From NCBI GenBank assembly GCA_016721735.1, contig JADKHM010000019.1, positions 420,034 to 484,033 on the forward strand: a DNA stretch of 64,000 nt, given 5' to 3'. This stretch comes from Flavobacterium sp. (GTDB taxonomy: Bacteria; Bacteroidota; Bacteroidia; Flavobacteriales; Flavobacteriaceae). Made by a program: the position numbers and the translations under genes. Positions 26,242 through 36,575 of this stretch are shown here, piece by piece. The notes below the pieces were generated by a model. That model was given only the letters and a program-made list of their open reading frames with translations. It had not been told where the DNA came from and did no database searches. How positions within the stretch are numbered: the stretch's first letter is position 1; each line of letters opens with the position of its first letter.

Positions 26242-28140
26242 TTAATAGGCTCTGGCATCTTTTCCTTCATAAAAATTCATAAATGCTTTGTTAACAACTC
26301 TATTCCCTCCGTGTGTTGGATAATCTCCAGTAAAATACCAATCGCCTAAATTATTAGGGCAAGCTCTATGTAGGTCGTCTATCGACTGAAAAATAATCTT
26401 TACTTCTGCATAGACGTCTTCCAAAGTCAACATTTCGGCAATCTTGTCCGATATCTCTTGAGGATGAAAAGGTTTGTAAATTTCTGTCACGGCATTAGTA
26501 ATGTCAATATCTTTAAGATGCTCTTGATCTTTGCATTTTTGATATACCTGATCAACAATATGATATAATTTTCTTTCTTTCAGTAGCTCTAAAGCCGCCT
26601 TAAAGGCAATTAATCCCTCTAACTTAGCCATGTCTATTCCGTAACAATCTGGATAGCGAATTTGCGGCGCAGAAGAAACTACAACTATTTTCTTAGGCTT
26701 CAATCGATCCAACATTTTAAGAATACTCATTTTAAGAGTAGTGCCACGTACAATACTATCATCAATGATTACCAAATTATCAGTAGCTTTTACTACCCCA
26801 TAAGTGATATCGTACACATGAGCCACAAGATCATCTCTGCTGCTGTCCTCAGTAATAAATGTTCTAAGTTTTGCATCTTTGATTGCGATTTTTTCTGTTC
26901 GTATCTTCACTGATAAAATTTCCTCAAGCTTTTCTTTTGTCAGCGTTTTTCGATTTTCAAGAATGAATTTATTCTTCCTTTGATTTAAGAAATCTTGAGC
27001 GGCCTCAACCATACCGTAAAATGATGTTTCAGCTGTATTTGGAATATATGAAAATACAGTATTATCCGTGTCGTTATCAATAGCCGAAAGTACTGCGGGT
27101 AATACTAATTTTCCGAGATTTTTCCTTTCCTGATATATTTCCGCATCGCTTCCCCTAGAGAAATATATTCTTTCAAATGAACACGCTTTCTTATCGGTTG
27201 GCGGTATGATCTCTTCTTCTGTTAATTCTCCATTTTTCTTTATAATTAGAGCCTTTCCTGGTTGAAGTTCCTTTACCTTGTCAAAATCTACGTTAAAAAC
27301 CGTTTGAATTACAGGTCTTTCAGAAGCAACTACAACAACTTCTTCGTCCTCATAAAAATAAGCTGGTCGAATACCAGCAGGGTCTCTAAAAACAAAAGCG
27401 TCACCGTGTCCAAATAATCCAGCCATTGCGTATCCTCCGTCCCAACCTTTTGAAGCTTTCTTTAGTATCTTAGCAACATTTAACCGTTCTGCTATTACCG
27501 GCGATGCTTCTCGCTTAGAAAGACCGCTATTCTTGCAATCTTGATATAATTCTGTCACTTCTTCGTCTAAGAAATGCCCGATTTTTTCCATTACAGTGAC
27601 GGTGTCCGTCATTTCTTTTGGATGTTGACCTAACTCAACCAAACTATTAAATAATTCGGTAACATTAGTCATATTAAAATTTCCAGCGATGATCAGGTTT
27701 CGATGCATCCAATTGTTTTGGCGCAAAAATGGATGAACACTTTCAATACTATTTTTACCAAAAGTTCCATAGCGCACATGTCCTAAATAAAGTTCACCAA
27801 TATAAGGGAGGTTCTTTTTTTGCAGGGCAACATCATCAATATATTCTGGATGCAACTCCATTTCTTCATTGATTCGTGTATTGATTTGAGCAAAAACATC
27901 TTGAATGGCTTGCGACTCATTTGAACGAACTCTGCTAATATACCTTTCCCCTGGAGCAACATCTAACTTGATCGAAGCAAATCCAGCTCCATCCTGACCA
28001 CGATTGTGCTGCTTTTCCATCAACAAATACATTTTCTGTATTCCATAAAAGGCGGTGCCATACTTCTCCTTATAAAATTCTAATGGCTTCTTTAGTCTTA
28101 GTAAAGCAATCCCACATTCGTGTTTAATCGCGTCGCTCAT
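26242..28140 (-). CDS. purF: Amidophosphoribosyltransferase (long Bacteroidetes-type PurF)
   Basis: The N-terminal MSDAIKHECGIALLRL provides the Ntn Cys. PRTase motif VIIDDSIVRGTT. 632 aa. Confidence 0.9.
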   Translation of the reverse strand: MSDAIKHECGIALLRLKKPLEFYKEKYGTAFYGIQKMYLLMEKQHNRGQDGAGFASIKLDVAPGERYISRVRSNESQAIQDVFAQINTRINEEMELHPEYIDDVALQKKNLPYIGELYLGHVRYGTFGKNSIESVHPFLRQNNWMHRNLIIAGNFNMTNVTELFNSLVELGQHPKEMTDTVTVMEKIGHFLDEEVTELYQDCKNSGLSKREASPVIAERLNVAKILKKASKGWDGGYAMAGLFGHGDAFVFRDPAGIRPAYFYEDEEVVVVASERPVIQTVFNVDFDKVKELQPGKALIIKKNGELTEEEIIPPTDKKACSFERIYFSRGSDAEIYQERKNLGKLVLPAVLSAIDNDTDNTVFSYIPNTAETSFYGMVEAAQDFLNQRKNKFILENRKTLTKEKLEEILSVKIRTEKIAIKDAKLRTFITEDSSRDDLVAHVYDITYGVVKATDNLVIIDDSIVRGTTLKMSILKMLDRLKPKKIVVVSSAPQIRYPDCYGIDMAKLEGLIAFKAALELLKERKLYHIVDQVYQKCKDQEHLKDIDITNAVTEIYKPFHPQEISDKIAEMLTLEDVYAEVKIIFQSIDDLHRACPNNLGDWYFTGDYPTHGGNRVVNKAFMNFYEGKDARAY

Positions 28141-28163
28141 TATTGTCTAATTATTCGTTTGTT

Positions 28164-28194
28164 TAAATAAAAATGCCCCGAAATTTCGAGGCAT
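28164..28194 (-). terminator. Intrinsic terminator after the PfkB-family kinase gene
   Basis: The minus strand reads ATGCCTCGAAATTTCGGGGCAT followed by TTTTTATTT. Confidence 0.7.
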
Positions 28195-28202
28195 AAAGTT
28201 AA

Positions 28203-29126
28203 TTACAATTCTATATCGAAATGTGTTAAAGCTTTGAATTGTTTCAATCGCTCTTGCACTTCTTCTTTTTTGAGTTGTTGCATTCTTTCGGTTCCGAATT
28301 TTTCTACACAAAAAGAAGCTAAGTTGGAGCCTTGAATTATAGCTTGCTTCATATTATTGAAGGTTATATTCTCACTTTGTGTAATAAATCCAGCGAAACC
28401 ACCTGCAAAAGTATCACCAGCTCCAGTTGGGTCAAAAACCTCTTCCAAAGGCAATGCTGGCGCGAAGAAGATCTCTTTATTATGGAACAACAAAGCACCG
28501 TGCTCGCCTTTCTTAATCACGACATATTTAGGCCCCATGGTATGTATTTTTGCCGCCGCTTTCACCAATGAATATTCTCCTGACAATTGACGAGCTTCTT
28601 CATCATTGATTGTTATCACATCAACGCGTTTGATTACGCTCAACAATTCAGGTAGTGCACAATCCATCCAAAAATTCATAGTGTCTAAAACTACTAGCTT
28701 TGGTTGCTTTGTCATTTGATCCAAAACACTACTTTGCACCAATGGATGAAGGTTTCCTAACATCACTACATCTGCATCTTTAAAGCTCTCTGGCACCTTA
28801 GGTTGAAAGTCTGCAAGCGTATTGAGCTCTGTTACGAGTGTATCACGTGAATTTAAGTCATTATGATATCTCCCACTCCAGAAAAATGTTTTTCCTCCTT
28901 TTACTACTTCAAGTCCTGAAATATCAATGTTTCTAGCAGTCAACAAATCCAAATATTCTTGTGGAAAATCATCACCAACAACAGAGACTATGGCAGATTG
29001 TAAGTTGAAATAGGAAGCAGATAATCCGATAAAAGTTCCTGCACCTCCTAAAATTTTATCTGTTTTCCAAAAAGGAGTTTCTATAGCGTCGAAAGCAACC
29101 GTTCCAACAATCAATAATTTATTCAT
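28203..29126 (-). CDS. PfkB-family carbohydrate/nucleoside kinase
   Basis: 307 aa with the DPTGAGDTFAGGF anion-hole motif. Confidence 0.85.
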   Translation of the reverse strand: MNKLLIVGTVAFDAIETPFWKTDKILGGAGTFIGLSASYFNLQSAIVSVVGDDFPQEYLDLLTARNIDISGLEVVKGGKTFFWSGRYHNDLNSRDTLVTELNTLADFQPKVPESFKDADVVMLGNLHPLVQSSVLDQMTKQPKLVVLDTMNFWMDCALPELLSVIKRVDVITINDEEARQLSGEYSLVKAAAKIHTMGPKYVVIKKGEHGALLFHNKEIFFAPALPLEEVFDPTGAGDTFAGGFAGFITQSENITFNNMKQAIIQGSNLASFCVEKFGTERMQQLKKEEVQERLKQFKALTHFDIEL

Positions 29127-29199
29127 CTGATAGGTTTGAAATTAAGGCCCAAAGGTAGTTCATAACTTTGAAAGTTACAAAGCGTAAAAAGCAATGTTT

Positions 29200-29685
29200 T
29201 TACAAAAGTTTTGTTTCTTCTTTCTCATAAAATTCATCAATAGAAAGTTCCTTTTGCAAAGATGCCATTACCGCTAATTCGTCACATCTTTCATTTTGAC
29301 GGTGGTTGTTATGACCTTTAATCCATTTGAAATCAACTTGATGCTGGCGGTAAATCTTAAGGAAACGTTTCCATAAATCCGGATTCTTCTTTCCTGCGTA
29401 TCCCTTTTTCTCCCAACCAAAGACCCATTTCTTTTCAACAGAATCCACCACATACTTAGAATCAGAAACAATGAGCACTTTTGTATTTGGATTTTTTAAT
29501 TTCTCCAAACCTACAATTACCGCCAACAACTCCATTCGATTGTTGGTCGTCAATCGAAACCCTTCGAAAAATTCTCTTTGATAAGGCTTTCCAACCCATT
29601 CCATAACAACACCATAGCCACCATTACCAGGATTTCCCTTGGCTGCTCCGTCGGTGTAAATATGTACTTGGTGCGATGTAGACAA
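29200..29685 (-). CDS. rnhA: Ribonuclease HI
   Basis: IYTDGAAKGNPGNGGYG..., NNRMEL, SDSKYV and KGHNNHRQNERCDELA. Confidence 0.92.
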   Translation of the reverse strand: MSTSHQVHIYTDGAAKGNPGNGGYGVVMEWVGKPYQREFFEGFRLTTNNRMELLAVIVGLEKLKNPNTKVLIVSDSKYVVDSVEKKWVFGWEKKGYAGKKNPDLWKRFLKIYRQHQVDFKWIKGHNNHRQNERCDELAVMASLQKELSIDEFYEKEETKLL

Positions 29686-29692
29686 TTGATTT

Positions 29693-30256
29693 TTAGCTTG
29701 TTAAAAGTTGCTCAATTACTTTCGGAAAAAATTCATGCTCGAGAACGTGTACCTTTGTTGCAATTTCTTCTACCGTTGTACAGTCATCAACTGCAATAGA
29801 TTTTTGAAAAATCACTTCTCCTTCGTCATAATTTTCGTTTACGAAATGAATTGTAATTCCAGTCTCTTTATCATTATTAACTAAAACGGCTTGATGTACG
29901 AATTGTCCATACATTCCTTTTCCGCCATATTTTGGAAGGAGTGCGGGATGAATATTAATTATCTTACGAGGGAAAGCTTCAATTAAGGATGCGGGCAATT
30001 GAAGTAAAAAACCCGCTAAAACAATTAAGTCCGGCTCTAAAGCCTTCACTTTATCCAAAACAACGTCGTTTTTCAAATCCTCTTTAGTAAAAACAACCAC
30101 TGGAACATGATTTTCTATAGCACGATCTATCACTTTTGCAGTCGGATTATTACAAAATACAGTTGCGACTTGCACTGTTGGTTTCGAAACAAAATATTTG
30201 ATAATGTTTTCTACATTAGACCCAGCACCAGACGCTAATAGCACAATTTTTTTCAT
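29693..30256 (-). CDS. purN: Phosphoribosylglycinamide formyltransferase
   Basis: MKKIVLLASGAGSN..., LAGF, IINIHPALLPKYGG. I moved the start to ATG 30256 (M8 of the track ORF). Confidence 0.9.
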   Translation of the reverse strand: MKKIVLLASGAGSNVENIIKYFVSKPTVQVATVFCNNPTAKVIDRAIENHVPVVVFTKEDLKNDVVLDKVKALEPDLIVLAGFLLQLPASLIEAFPRKIINIHPALLPKYGGKGMYGQFVHQAVLVNNDKETGITIHFVNENYDEGEVIFQKSIAVDDCTTVEEIATKVHVLEHEFFPKVIEQLLTS

Positions 30257-30391
30257 ATCAATGGCAATAGAGCACACAAAAAAAAGAATAATAAATGATA
30301 AATTGCGCTGTTTAATCCTGTTTATGAAATTATTTTTTTAAATTCGTTTGCACATTTATTAACTAAATCGTGGTTTTAAAATAAAGTTTTT

Positions 30392-30399
30392 TATTTTTG
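30392..30399 (+). promoter_or_regulatory. Candidate -7 box TATTTTTG for acpP
   Basis: Exact TAnnTTTG match, 31 nt upstream of ATG 30430. Confidence 0.4.
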
Positions 30400-30429
30400 C
30401 CAACAAATTAAATTCTAAAATTAAAGATT

Positions 30430-30666
30430 ATGTCAGACATTGCATCAAGAGTTAAAGCGATTATCGTAGACAAATTAGGCGTTGACGAAAACGAAGTTGT
30501 AACAGAAGCTAGCTTCACTAATGATTTAGGAGCTGACTCGTTAGACACTGTTGAGCTTATTATGGAGTTCGAAAAAGAATTTGACATCCAAATTCCAGAC
30601 GACCAAGCAGAAAACATCGCTACTGTTGGTCAAGCTATTTCTTACATCGAAGAAGCTAAAAAATAA
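30430..30666 (+). CDS. acpP: Acyl carrier protein
   Basis: 78 aa with the [13 protein letters not shown] phosphopantetheine site. Confidence 0.97.
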   Translation: MSDIASRVKAIIVDKLGVDENEVVTEASFTNDLGADSLDTVELIMEFEKEFDIQIPDDQAENIATVGQAISYIEEAKK

Positions 30667-30674
30667 TAATCATT

Positions 30675-30714
30675 ACACCCGTAAATTTATTTCTACGGGT
30701 GTTATTATTTTATT
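30675..30714 (+). terminator. Hairpin with a T-rich tail between acpP and fabF (terminator or attenuator)
   Basis: Stem ACACCCGTA/TACGGGTGT followed by TATTATTTTATT. Confidence 0.7.
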
Positions 30715-30841
30715 AATGAAAATCATTGATTGAAATTCAATCATAAATTATAGAAAATACCCATGTCTCTTTTGTGATATTCATACATGAAGAAATATTT
30801 GGGTATTCTTTGTTTAAAATCAAATCAACAAAATTAATATT

Positions 30842-32095
30842 ATGGTGTTAAAGCGAGTTGTAGTGACAGGTTTAGGCGCACTTACCCCAATTGGAAATAA
30901 CATTCAAGAATACTGGGATGCTCTAATAAGTGGCAAAAGCGGCGCTGCTCCTATTACGTACTATGATACCGAGAAACATAAAACTAAATTTGCCTGTGAA
31001 GTAAAAAACTTCAACATTGAAGATTTTATGGATCGCAAAGAAGCTCGCAGAATGGACAAATTTGCACAATATGCCGTTGCAGCGAGTGAAGAAGCCATTA
31101 AAGACGCAGGAATTACCGCCGACAATGTAAACAAACATCGCGTTGGTGTTATATGGGGCGCTGGAATTGGTGGTTTAGAAACTTTTCAAGAAGAAGTCAT
31201 CAGTTATGCTAACGGTGATGGAACCCCGAGGTTCAATCCTTTCTTTATCCCAAAAATGATTGCTGATATTGCGCCCGCCCATATTTCGATGAGAAATGGG
31301 TTTATGGGACCAAATTATACAACCGTTTCCGCTTGTGCATCTTCAGCAAACGCATTAATAGATGCCTTCAACTATATTCGATTAGGAATGTGTGATATCA
31401 TCATATCTGGCGGATCAGAAGCGGCAGTTACAATTGCTGGTATGGGTGGATTCAATTCTATGCAAGCATTATCTACTCGGAACGAAAGTCCAGAAACAGC
31501 TTCCAGACCTTTTGATGCAACCCGAGATGGTTTTGTTCTTGGAGAAGGAGCTGGCGCATTAGTCTTAGAAGAATACGAACATGCGAAAGCACGTGGCGCT
31601 AAAATATACTGTGAAATTGGTGGAGGCGGAATGTCGTCCGACGCATACCACTTAACTGCCCCACATCCAGAAGGAATTGGAGTTATTGCAGTAATGGAAA
31701 ACACACTTCGAGATGCTGGAATGAAACCAGAACAAGTAGATCATATTAATACGCACGGAACTTCAACGCCTTTAGGAGACGTTGCTGAACTAAAAGCAAT
31801 CACAGCCGTCTTTGGAAGTCACGCGAAGAATATCAATATCAATTCTACAAAATCAATGACTGGGCATCTTTTAGGTGCTGCAGGTGCGATTGAAGCTATA
31901 GCCTCTATTTTGGCAATGAAGCATGGAATTGTTCCTCCAACAATTAATCATACTGTTGTTGATGAGAACATTGATCCAAGTTTGAATTTAACTTTAAACA
32001 AAGCTCAAAAAAGAGAAGTTAATGTAGCCATGAGCAATACTTTTGGTTTTGGCGGACACAATGCCTGTGTTTTATTCAAAAAATTAGAAAACTAA
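30842..32095 (+). CDS. fabF: Beta-ketoacyl-ACP synthase II
   Basis: Active-site contexts TVSACASS, NTHGTSTP and GHLLGAAG. 417 aa. Confidence 0.95.
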   Translation: MVLKRVVVTGLGALTPIGNNIQEYWDALISGKSGAAPITYYDTEKHKTKFACEVKNFNIEDFMDRKEARRMDKFAQYAVAASEEAIKDAGITADNVNKHRVGVIWGAGIGGLETFQEEVISYANGDGTPRFNPFFIPKMIADIAPAHISMRNGFMGPNYTTVSACASSANALIDAFNYIRLGMCDIIISGGSEAAVTIAGMGGFNSMQALSTRNESPETASRPFDATRDGFVLGEGAGALVLEEYEHAKARGAKIYCEIGGGGMSSDAYHLTAPHPEGIGVIAVMENTLRDAGMKPEQVDHINTHGTSTPLGDVAELKAITAVFGSHAKNININSTKSMTGHLLGAAGAIEAIASILAMKHGIVPPTINHTVVDENIDPSLNLTLNKAQKREVNVAMSNTFGFGGHNACVLFKKLEN

Positions 32096-32097
32096 TC

Positions 32098-32841
32098 TTG
32101 AGAAATATTCTTCATAAACTTTTTAAAAATTCCCGTTCTACTGATGACGGGATTTTTTTTACGGCAATTGAGAAAATATTAGGCTTCCCACCAAAAGACA
32201 TTTCGGTATACAAGAAAGCCTTTACCCACCGTTCTTCAAATAAGTTAGACCTTCAAGGAAATGCCATCAACTACGAGCGACTAGAGTTTTTGGGAGACGC
32301 TATGTTGAGCGCTGTAATAGCGGCTCACTTATATAATAAAGCGCCGGCAGGAGACGAAGGTTACCTAACCAAAATGCGATCAAAAATTGTCAGCCGAGAA
32401 CACCTCAATGAGTTGGGTAGAGACTTTAACCTAATCGACTTTATCGAAAGTAAAGTTCCGTCGGCTCATTTCGGGGAAAACATACACGGAAATGTGTTTG
32501 AAGCCTTGATTGGCGCCATATATCTAGACCTCGGCTTTGATTACTGCGAGAAATTTATTCAAAAGAAAGTAGTTCTTCCTTATGTCGATATTGCCAAATT
32601 AGAAGGAAAAGTTATTAGCTACAAAAGCTTGGTCATCGAATGGTGTCAAAAGGAAAAGAAATCTTTTCATTACGATGTTTTTGAAGACAATAGCATCACT
32701 GGCGAACGACTATTTGGTGTGAAATTAAGCATCGACAACAAGGTTATTGCCAAAGCAAGAGCAACTTCTAAAAAGAAAGCAGAGGAAAAAGCCTCGCAAA
32801 GAACCTATTTTGCACTTCAAAACAAAATAGATTCAAAATAA
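32098..32841 (+). CDS. rnc: Ribonuclease III
   Basis: ERLEFLGDAML signature plus a C-terminal dsRBD. TTG start, 2 nt after the fabF stop. Confidence 0.9.
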   Translation: MRNILHKLFKNSRSTDDGIFFTAIEKILGFPPKDISVYKKAFTHRSSNKLDLQGNAINYERLEFLGDAMLSAVIAAHLYNKAPAGDEGYLTKMRSKIVSREHLNELGRDFNLIDFIESKVPSAHFGENIHGNVFEALIGAIYLDLGFDYCEKFIQKKVVLPYVDIAKLEGKVISYKSLVIEWCQKEKKSFHYDVFEDNSITGERLFGVKLSIDNKVIAKARATSKKKAEEKASQRTYFALQNKIDSK

Positions 32842-32952
32842 AAATTTCTTTAAACTATATCGATTTCGTTATTAAATTAGAACCAACATGCCGGTTTTGA
32901 GTGCTTTTTATCAGTAAGAAGTACTATATTTACGACTTAATTTATTTCATTA

Positions 32953-33441
32953 ATGGCAGTCTTGAAATTGCATTTGGAAGAATTTGATGAAGTTGACTAT
33001 GAACTAATTGCTATTCACAGTTCATTAGAAGACTTTCGATTAGCGTACTTTATCAATCAAAAATTGCCAATTATCTTAAGTAGAAATAAAGATGAAGTGG
33101 CTGTAACTGTAAAAGAAGGTGATGCTTTTTTTTCAAAATATAGCTATGAAGATGAAAAGACGGCCTGTAATTGAAGTCTAATACAAAATAAGAACGATAT
33201 CTATATCACTCAAAAAAATACAAAGCAAAATCTTTTTTTGAATAGTGTTGATATGATCTCACAAAAGGTTTTTCTAATTTCTGAACATAAAAAAGTTGAC
33301 TATTTCTTGAAAATAGAGCATAATGCGTCGGTCATAAATGTTGAAAAGATTGTCGACCAACTGAAACAAATAGAACGGATTTCGGCTGTTTATTCCTTAA
33401 TCCCTGAAAATATTAAATCAAAAAACAATTTAATTTTTTAA
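32953..33441 (+). pseudogene. IPExxxVDY-family protein gene carrying one in-frame TGA (33172-33174)
   Basis: The two track ORFs (32953-33174 and 33238-33441) are in the same frame, and the codons between them are open. The continuous reading is ...EDEKTACN*SLIQNKNDIY...FLISEHKKVDYFLKIE...SKNNLIF. Confidence 0.6.
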
Positions 33442-33446
33442 ATAAA

Positions 33447-34877
33447 ATGCCAACAAACAAAAAAACCAAAATTGTAGCCACACTTGGACCAGCATGCAGT
33501 ACAAGAGAAGTCATGAAGAGCATGATTGACGCAGGAGTCAATGTGTTTAGAGTCAATTTTTCTCATGCTGACTATGACGATGTAAAAGAAAAAATCAATC
33601 TGATTAGAGGCTTAAATGATGAATTTGGATATACTACTGCGATTTTAGGTGACTTGCAAGGACCAAAACTTCGTGTGGGCGTTATGAAAGAAGATGTTGT
33701 TGTAAATGATGGTGACTTGATCACTTTCCAAACCGCAGAAGACGTTCCTGGAACAGCGCAGCGCGTTTATATGAACTACAAAGAATTTCCAAAAGATGTT
33801 AATCCAGGAGAGAGAATTCTGCTAGATGACGGAAAATTAATTTTTGAAGCGGTAGAAACCGACAAGAAAACGGAAGTTGTTTGTCGCGTAATTCAAGGCG
33901 GACCATTGAAATCTAAAAAAGGTGTAAATCTACCAAACACAAAAGTTTCTTTGCCTGCATTAACGAAGAAAGATATTAAAGATGCGATTTTTGCCATTGA
34001 ACAAAAAGTAGATTGGATTGCACTTTCGTTTGTAAGAACTTCAGAAGATTTGATGGAATTACAAGAATTAATCTCTAAACATTCTGATCACAAAATACCA
34101 ATCATTGCGAAAATCGAGAAACCTGAAGGCGTCGCAAATATTGACAAAATCGTTGCTTATTGCGATGGACTTATGGTAGCTCGTGGTGATCTAGGAGTTG
34201 AAGTTCCAGCCCATGAAGTACCGTTGATTCAAAAAAAATTAGTAAATCGTGCCAAAACGGCTCGTATTCCTGTCATCATTGCTACGCAAATGATGGAAAC
34301 CATGATCACAAGTTTAACACCAACGAGAGCTGAAGTAAATGACGTTGCAAATTCAGTTATGGATGGCGCAGATGCAGTAATGCTTTCTGGAGAAACTTCA
34401 GTGGGTAATTATCCGGTTCAAGTGATTGAAAAAATGACACAAATTATTGAGGCTGTGGAGGATTCTCCTTTGATTCAAGTGCCACAAAACACACCGCAAG
34501 TAAGAACTAAACGATTTATTACGAAGTCAATTTGTCACCATGCAGCAATGATGGCAAATGTCATCAAAGCAAAAGCAATATGCACGCTAACAAACAGTGG
34601 TTATACAGCATTTCAAATTTCTGCATGGAGACCTTCGGCACATATACTAGTTTTCACCTCTAACAAACGAATCCTAACACAACTAAACTTGCTTTGGGGA
34701 GTTCGATCTTTTTATTACGACAAACATGTTAGTACTGACGATACAGTGACAGACGTAAATCAAATGGCACGTGACAAAGGATTTGTTGACAAAGGAGATT
34801 TCCTTATTAATCTTGCGGCAATGCCAGTTGCTGAAAGAGGAATGGTAAATACCTTAAGAGTTTCTGAGATAGAATAA
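33447..34877 (+). CDS. pyk: Pyruvate kinase
   Basis: KIVATLGPA, FRVNFSHA, MVARGDLGVE and ATQMMETM. 476 aa. Confidence 0.95.
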   Translation: MPTNKKTKIVATLGPACSTREVMKSMIDAGVNVFRVNFSHADYDDVKEKINLIRGLNDEFGYTTAILGDLQGPKLRVGVMKEDVVVNDGDLITFQTAEDVPGTAQRVYMNYKEFPKDVNPGERILLDDGKLIFEAVETDKKTEVVCRVIQGGPLKSKKGVNLPNTKVSLPALTKKDIKDAIFAIEQKVDWIALSFVRTSEDLMELQELISKHSDHKIPIIAKIEKPEGVANIDKIVAYCDGLMVARGDLGVEVPAHEVPLIQKKLVNRAKTARIPVIIATQMMETMITSLTPTRAEVNDVANSVMDGADAVMLSGETSVGNYPVQVIEKMTQIIEAVEDSPLIQVPQNTPQVRTKRFITKSICHHAAMMANVIKAKAICTLTNSGYTAFQISAWRPSAHILVFTSNKRILTQLNLLWGVRSFYYDKHVSTDDTVTDVNQMARDKGFVDKGDFLINLAAMPVAERGMVNTLRVSEIE

Positions 34878-34900
34878 TAATATCTCTTTATTCAATAGCT

Positions 34901-34931
34901 AAACCTTCATTTTAAAATGAGGGTTTTTTTA
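34901..34931. terminator. Bidirectional terminator between pyk and dinB
   Basis: Stem AACCTTCATTTT/AAAATGAGGGTT (1 mismatch) followed by TTTTTTT. Confidence 0.8.
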
Positions 34932-34935
34932 TTTG

Positions 34936-36018
34936 TTAGAAATCAAATTTTAATTGAACTACAACTGCTTTTTTGATTTCTGTATTGAGATTATTTAGCG
35001 AAATTCCCAGCAATCTTACGGAATCTTTCATTCGCTCTTGAAATAAGAGTTCTCTTGTCGTTTCTAATAGTAATGCCTTATCAGAGATAAAATAAGGCAA
35101 AGTTTTACTTCTAGTTTGCAGGGTAAAATCGCTGTACTTTATCTTTAGTGTGACTGTTTTTCCTGCGATATTATATTTCTTCAGCCTACGTTCTAATTCC
35201 TCAGCAATTCGCTCTAATTTTTCTAACATAAATATTTCTGACGACAAATTCTCATCAAAAGTATGTTCGGCAGCGACAGACTTAGCAATTCGTTCTGCTT
35301 TGACTTCACCATGATGGATGCCTCGAACTACATCGAAATAAAAATTTCCTGACTTACCAAAGTGCTTCTCTAAAAATTCAAGCGATTTGTTCTTTAGGTC
35401 AAGACCCGTAAATATCCCCAATTGGTACATTTTCTCTGTCGTAACTTTTCCGACGCCATAGAACTTTCGAATAGGCAGTTCTTCTAAAAAAGCCAATACC
35501 TCGTCGGGATTTACTGTTTTTTGTCCGTTCGGCTTGTTGAAATCGGACGCAATTTTCGCCACAAATTTGTTGATCGAAATTCCAGCAGAGGCCGTTAAGC
35601 CTACCTCGTCATAAATTCGTTTTCGGATTTCTTTGGCAATCAAAGTGGCGCTGGGATTCCCTTTCTTATTCTGCGTCACATCTAAATACGCCTCATCTAA
35701 AGAAAGTGGCTCTACCTGATCAGTATAATCATAAAAAATCTTTCGAATTTTATTTGAAATTTCTTTGTAGCGATCAAATCGAGGTTTCACAAAAATCAAT
35801 TCAGGACAATTCTTCTTTGCTAAATAGCCGCTTATAGCGCTTCGTACCCCAAATTTTCTTGCTTCATAACTTGCGGCAGCGACAACACCTCGGTTTTCTC
35901 CTCCGCCAACAGCGATAGGCTTTCCGCGCAATAGTGGATTGTCCATTTGCTCGACAGACGCGTAAAAGGCATCCATATCAACATGAATAATTTTTCTGTT
36001 TTGAAGCAGTTCTGTCAT
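34936..36018 (-). CDS. dinB: DNA polymerase IV (Y family)
   Basis: IIHVDMDAFYASVE and LSLDEAYLDV. 360 aa. Confidence 0.92.
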   Translation of the reverse strand: MTELLQNRKIIHVDMDAFYASVEQMDNPLLRGKPIAVGGGENRGVVAAASYEARKFGVRSAISGYLAKKNCPELIFVKPRFDRYKEISNKIRKIFYDYTDQVEPLSLDEAYLDVTQNKKGNPSATLIAKEIRKRIYDEVGLTASAGISINKFVAKIASDFNKPNGQKTVNPDEVLAFLEELPIRKFYGVGKVTTEKMYQLGIFTGLDLKNKSLEFLEKHFGKSGNFYFDVVRGIHHGEVKAERIAKSVAAEHTFDENLSSEIFMLEKLERIAEELERRLKKYNIAGKTVTLKIKYSDFTLQTRSKTLPYFISDKALLLETTRELLFQERMKDSVRLLGISLNNLNTEIKKAVVVQLKFDF

Positions 36019-36103
36019 GAAACAAATTTAGTTAGAGTTGCACAAAATTGTACTTCATCTTACTAAAATAATGCTGTATCTTTGAATTTATAGATTGATT
36101 GCA

Positions 36104-36571
36104 ATGGTAGAAATAGAAAGAAAATTTTTGGTGCTAAATGACGATTTCAAAGCGCTGGCAAGGCACAAAAATCTTATTGCTCAAGGTTATCTCAATTCAC
36201 ATCCTGAAAGGACTGTTCGCGTAAGAATAAAAGGAGAAAGTGGTTTTCTAACTATTAAAGGGAAAGGAAATAAAACTGGCACAACCCGTTTTGAATGGGA
36301 AACGGAAATTTCATTACTTGAAGCAAAACCACTGCTAGCTTTGTGCGAGGAAGGTGTCATTACAAAAACGCGATATGAAGTCGAAGTAGCAAAACACACT
36401 TACGAAGTGGACGTGTTTTCCGGAGAAAATGAAGGATTAGTAATTGCAGAAATTGAACTTACTTCCGAAGATGAGTATTTTGAGAAGCCGAGTTGGTTGG
36501 GTCAAGAAGTAACCAATGACGAACGATATTATAATGCGTATTTAAGTAGAAAGCCTTTTAGTTCTTGGTGA
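36104..36571 (+). CDS. CYTH-domain protein (triphosphatase / CyaB-like)
   Basis: EIERKFLV (ExExK) at the N-terminus. I moved the start to ATG 36104. Confidence 0.8.
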   Translation: MVEIERKFLVLNDDFKALARHKNLIAQGYLNSHPERTVRVRIKGESGFLTIKGKGNKTGTTRFEWETEISLLEAKPLLALCEEGVITKTRYEVEVAKHTYEVDVFSGENEGLVIAEIELTSEDEYFEKPSWLGQEVTNDERYYNAYLSRKPFSSW

Positions 36572-36575
36572 GATT

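Noticed and set aside
30725-30820. 8-bp inverted repeat AATACCCA/TGGGTATT upstream of fabF as a possible operator or riboswitch
   Set aside because: The stem is short, the loop is 37 nt and no other supporting feature is present. The evidence is insufficient to call a regulatory element.
33172-33174. TGA possibly decoded as Trp (genetic code 4) or as selenocysteine
   Set aside because: TGA clearly terminates well-conserved genes in the same window: the alpha/beta hydrolase at 16324-26, the CYTH gene at 36569-71 and the cyclo-ligase at 52986-88. No SECIS-like hairpin is apparent immediately downstream.
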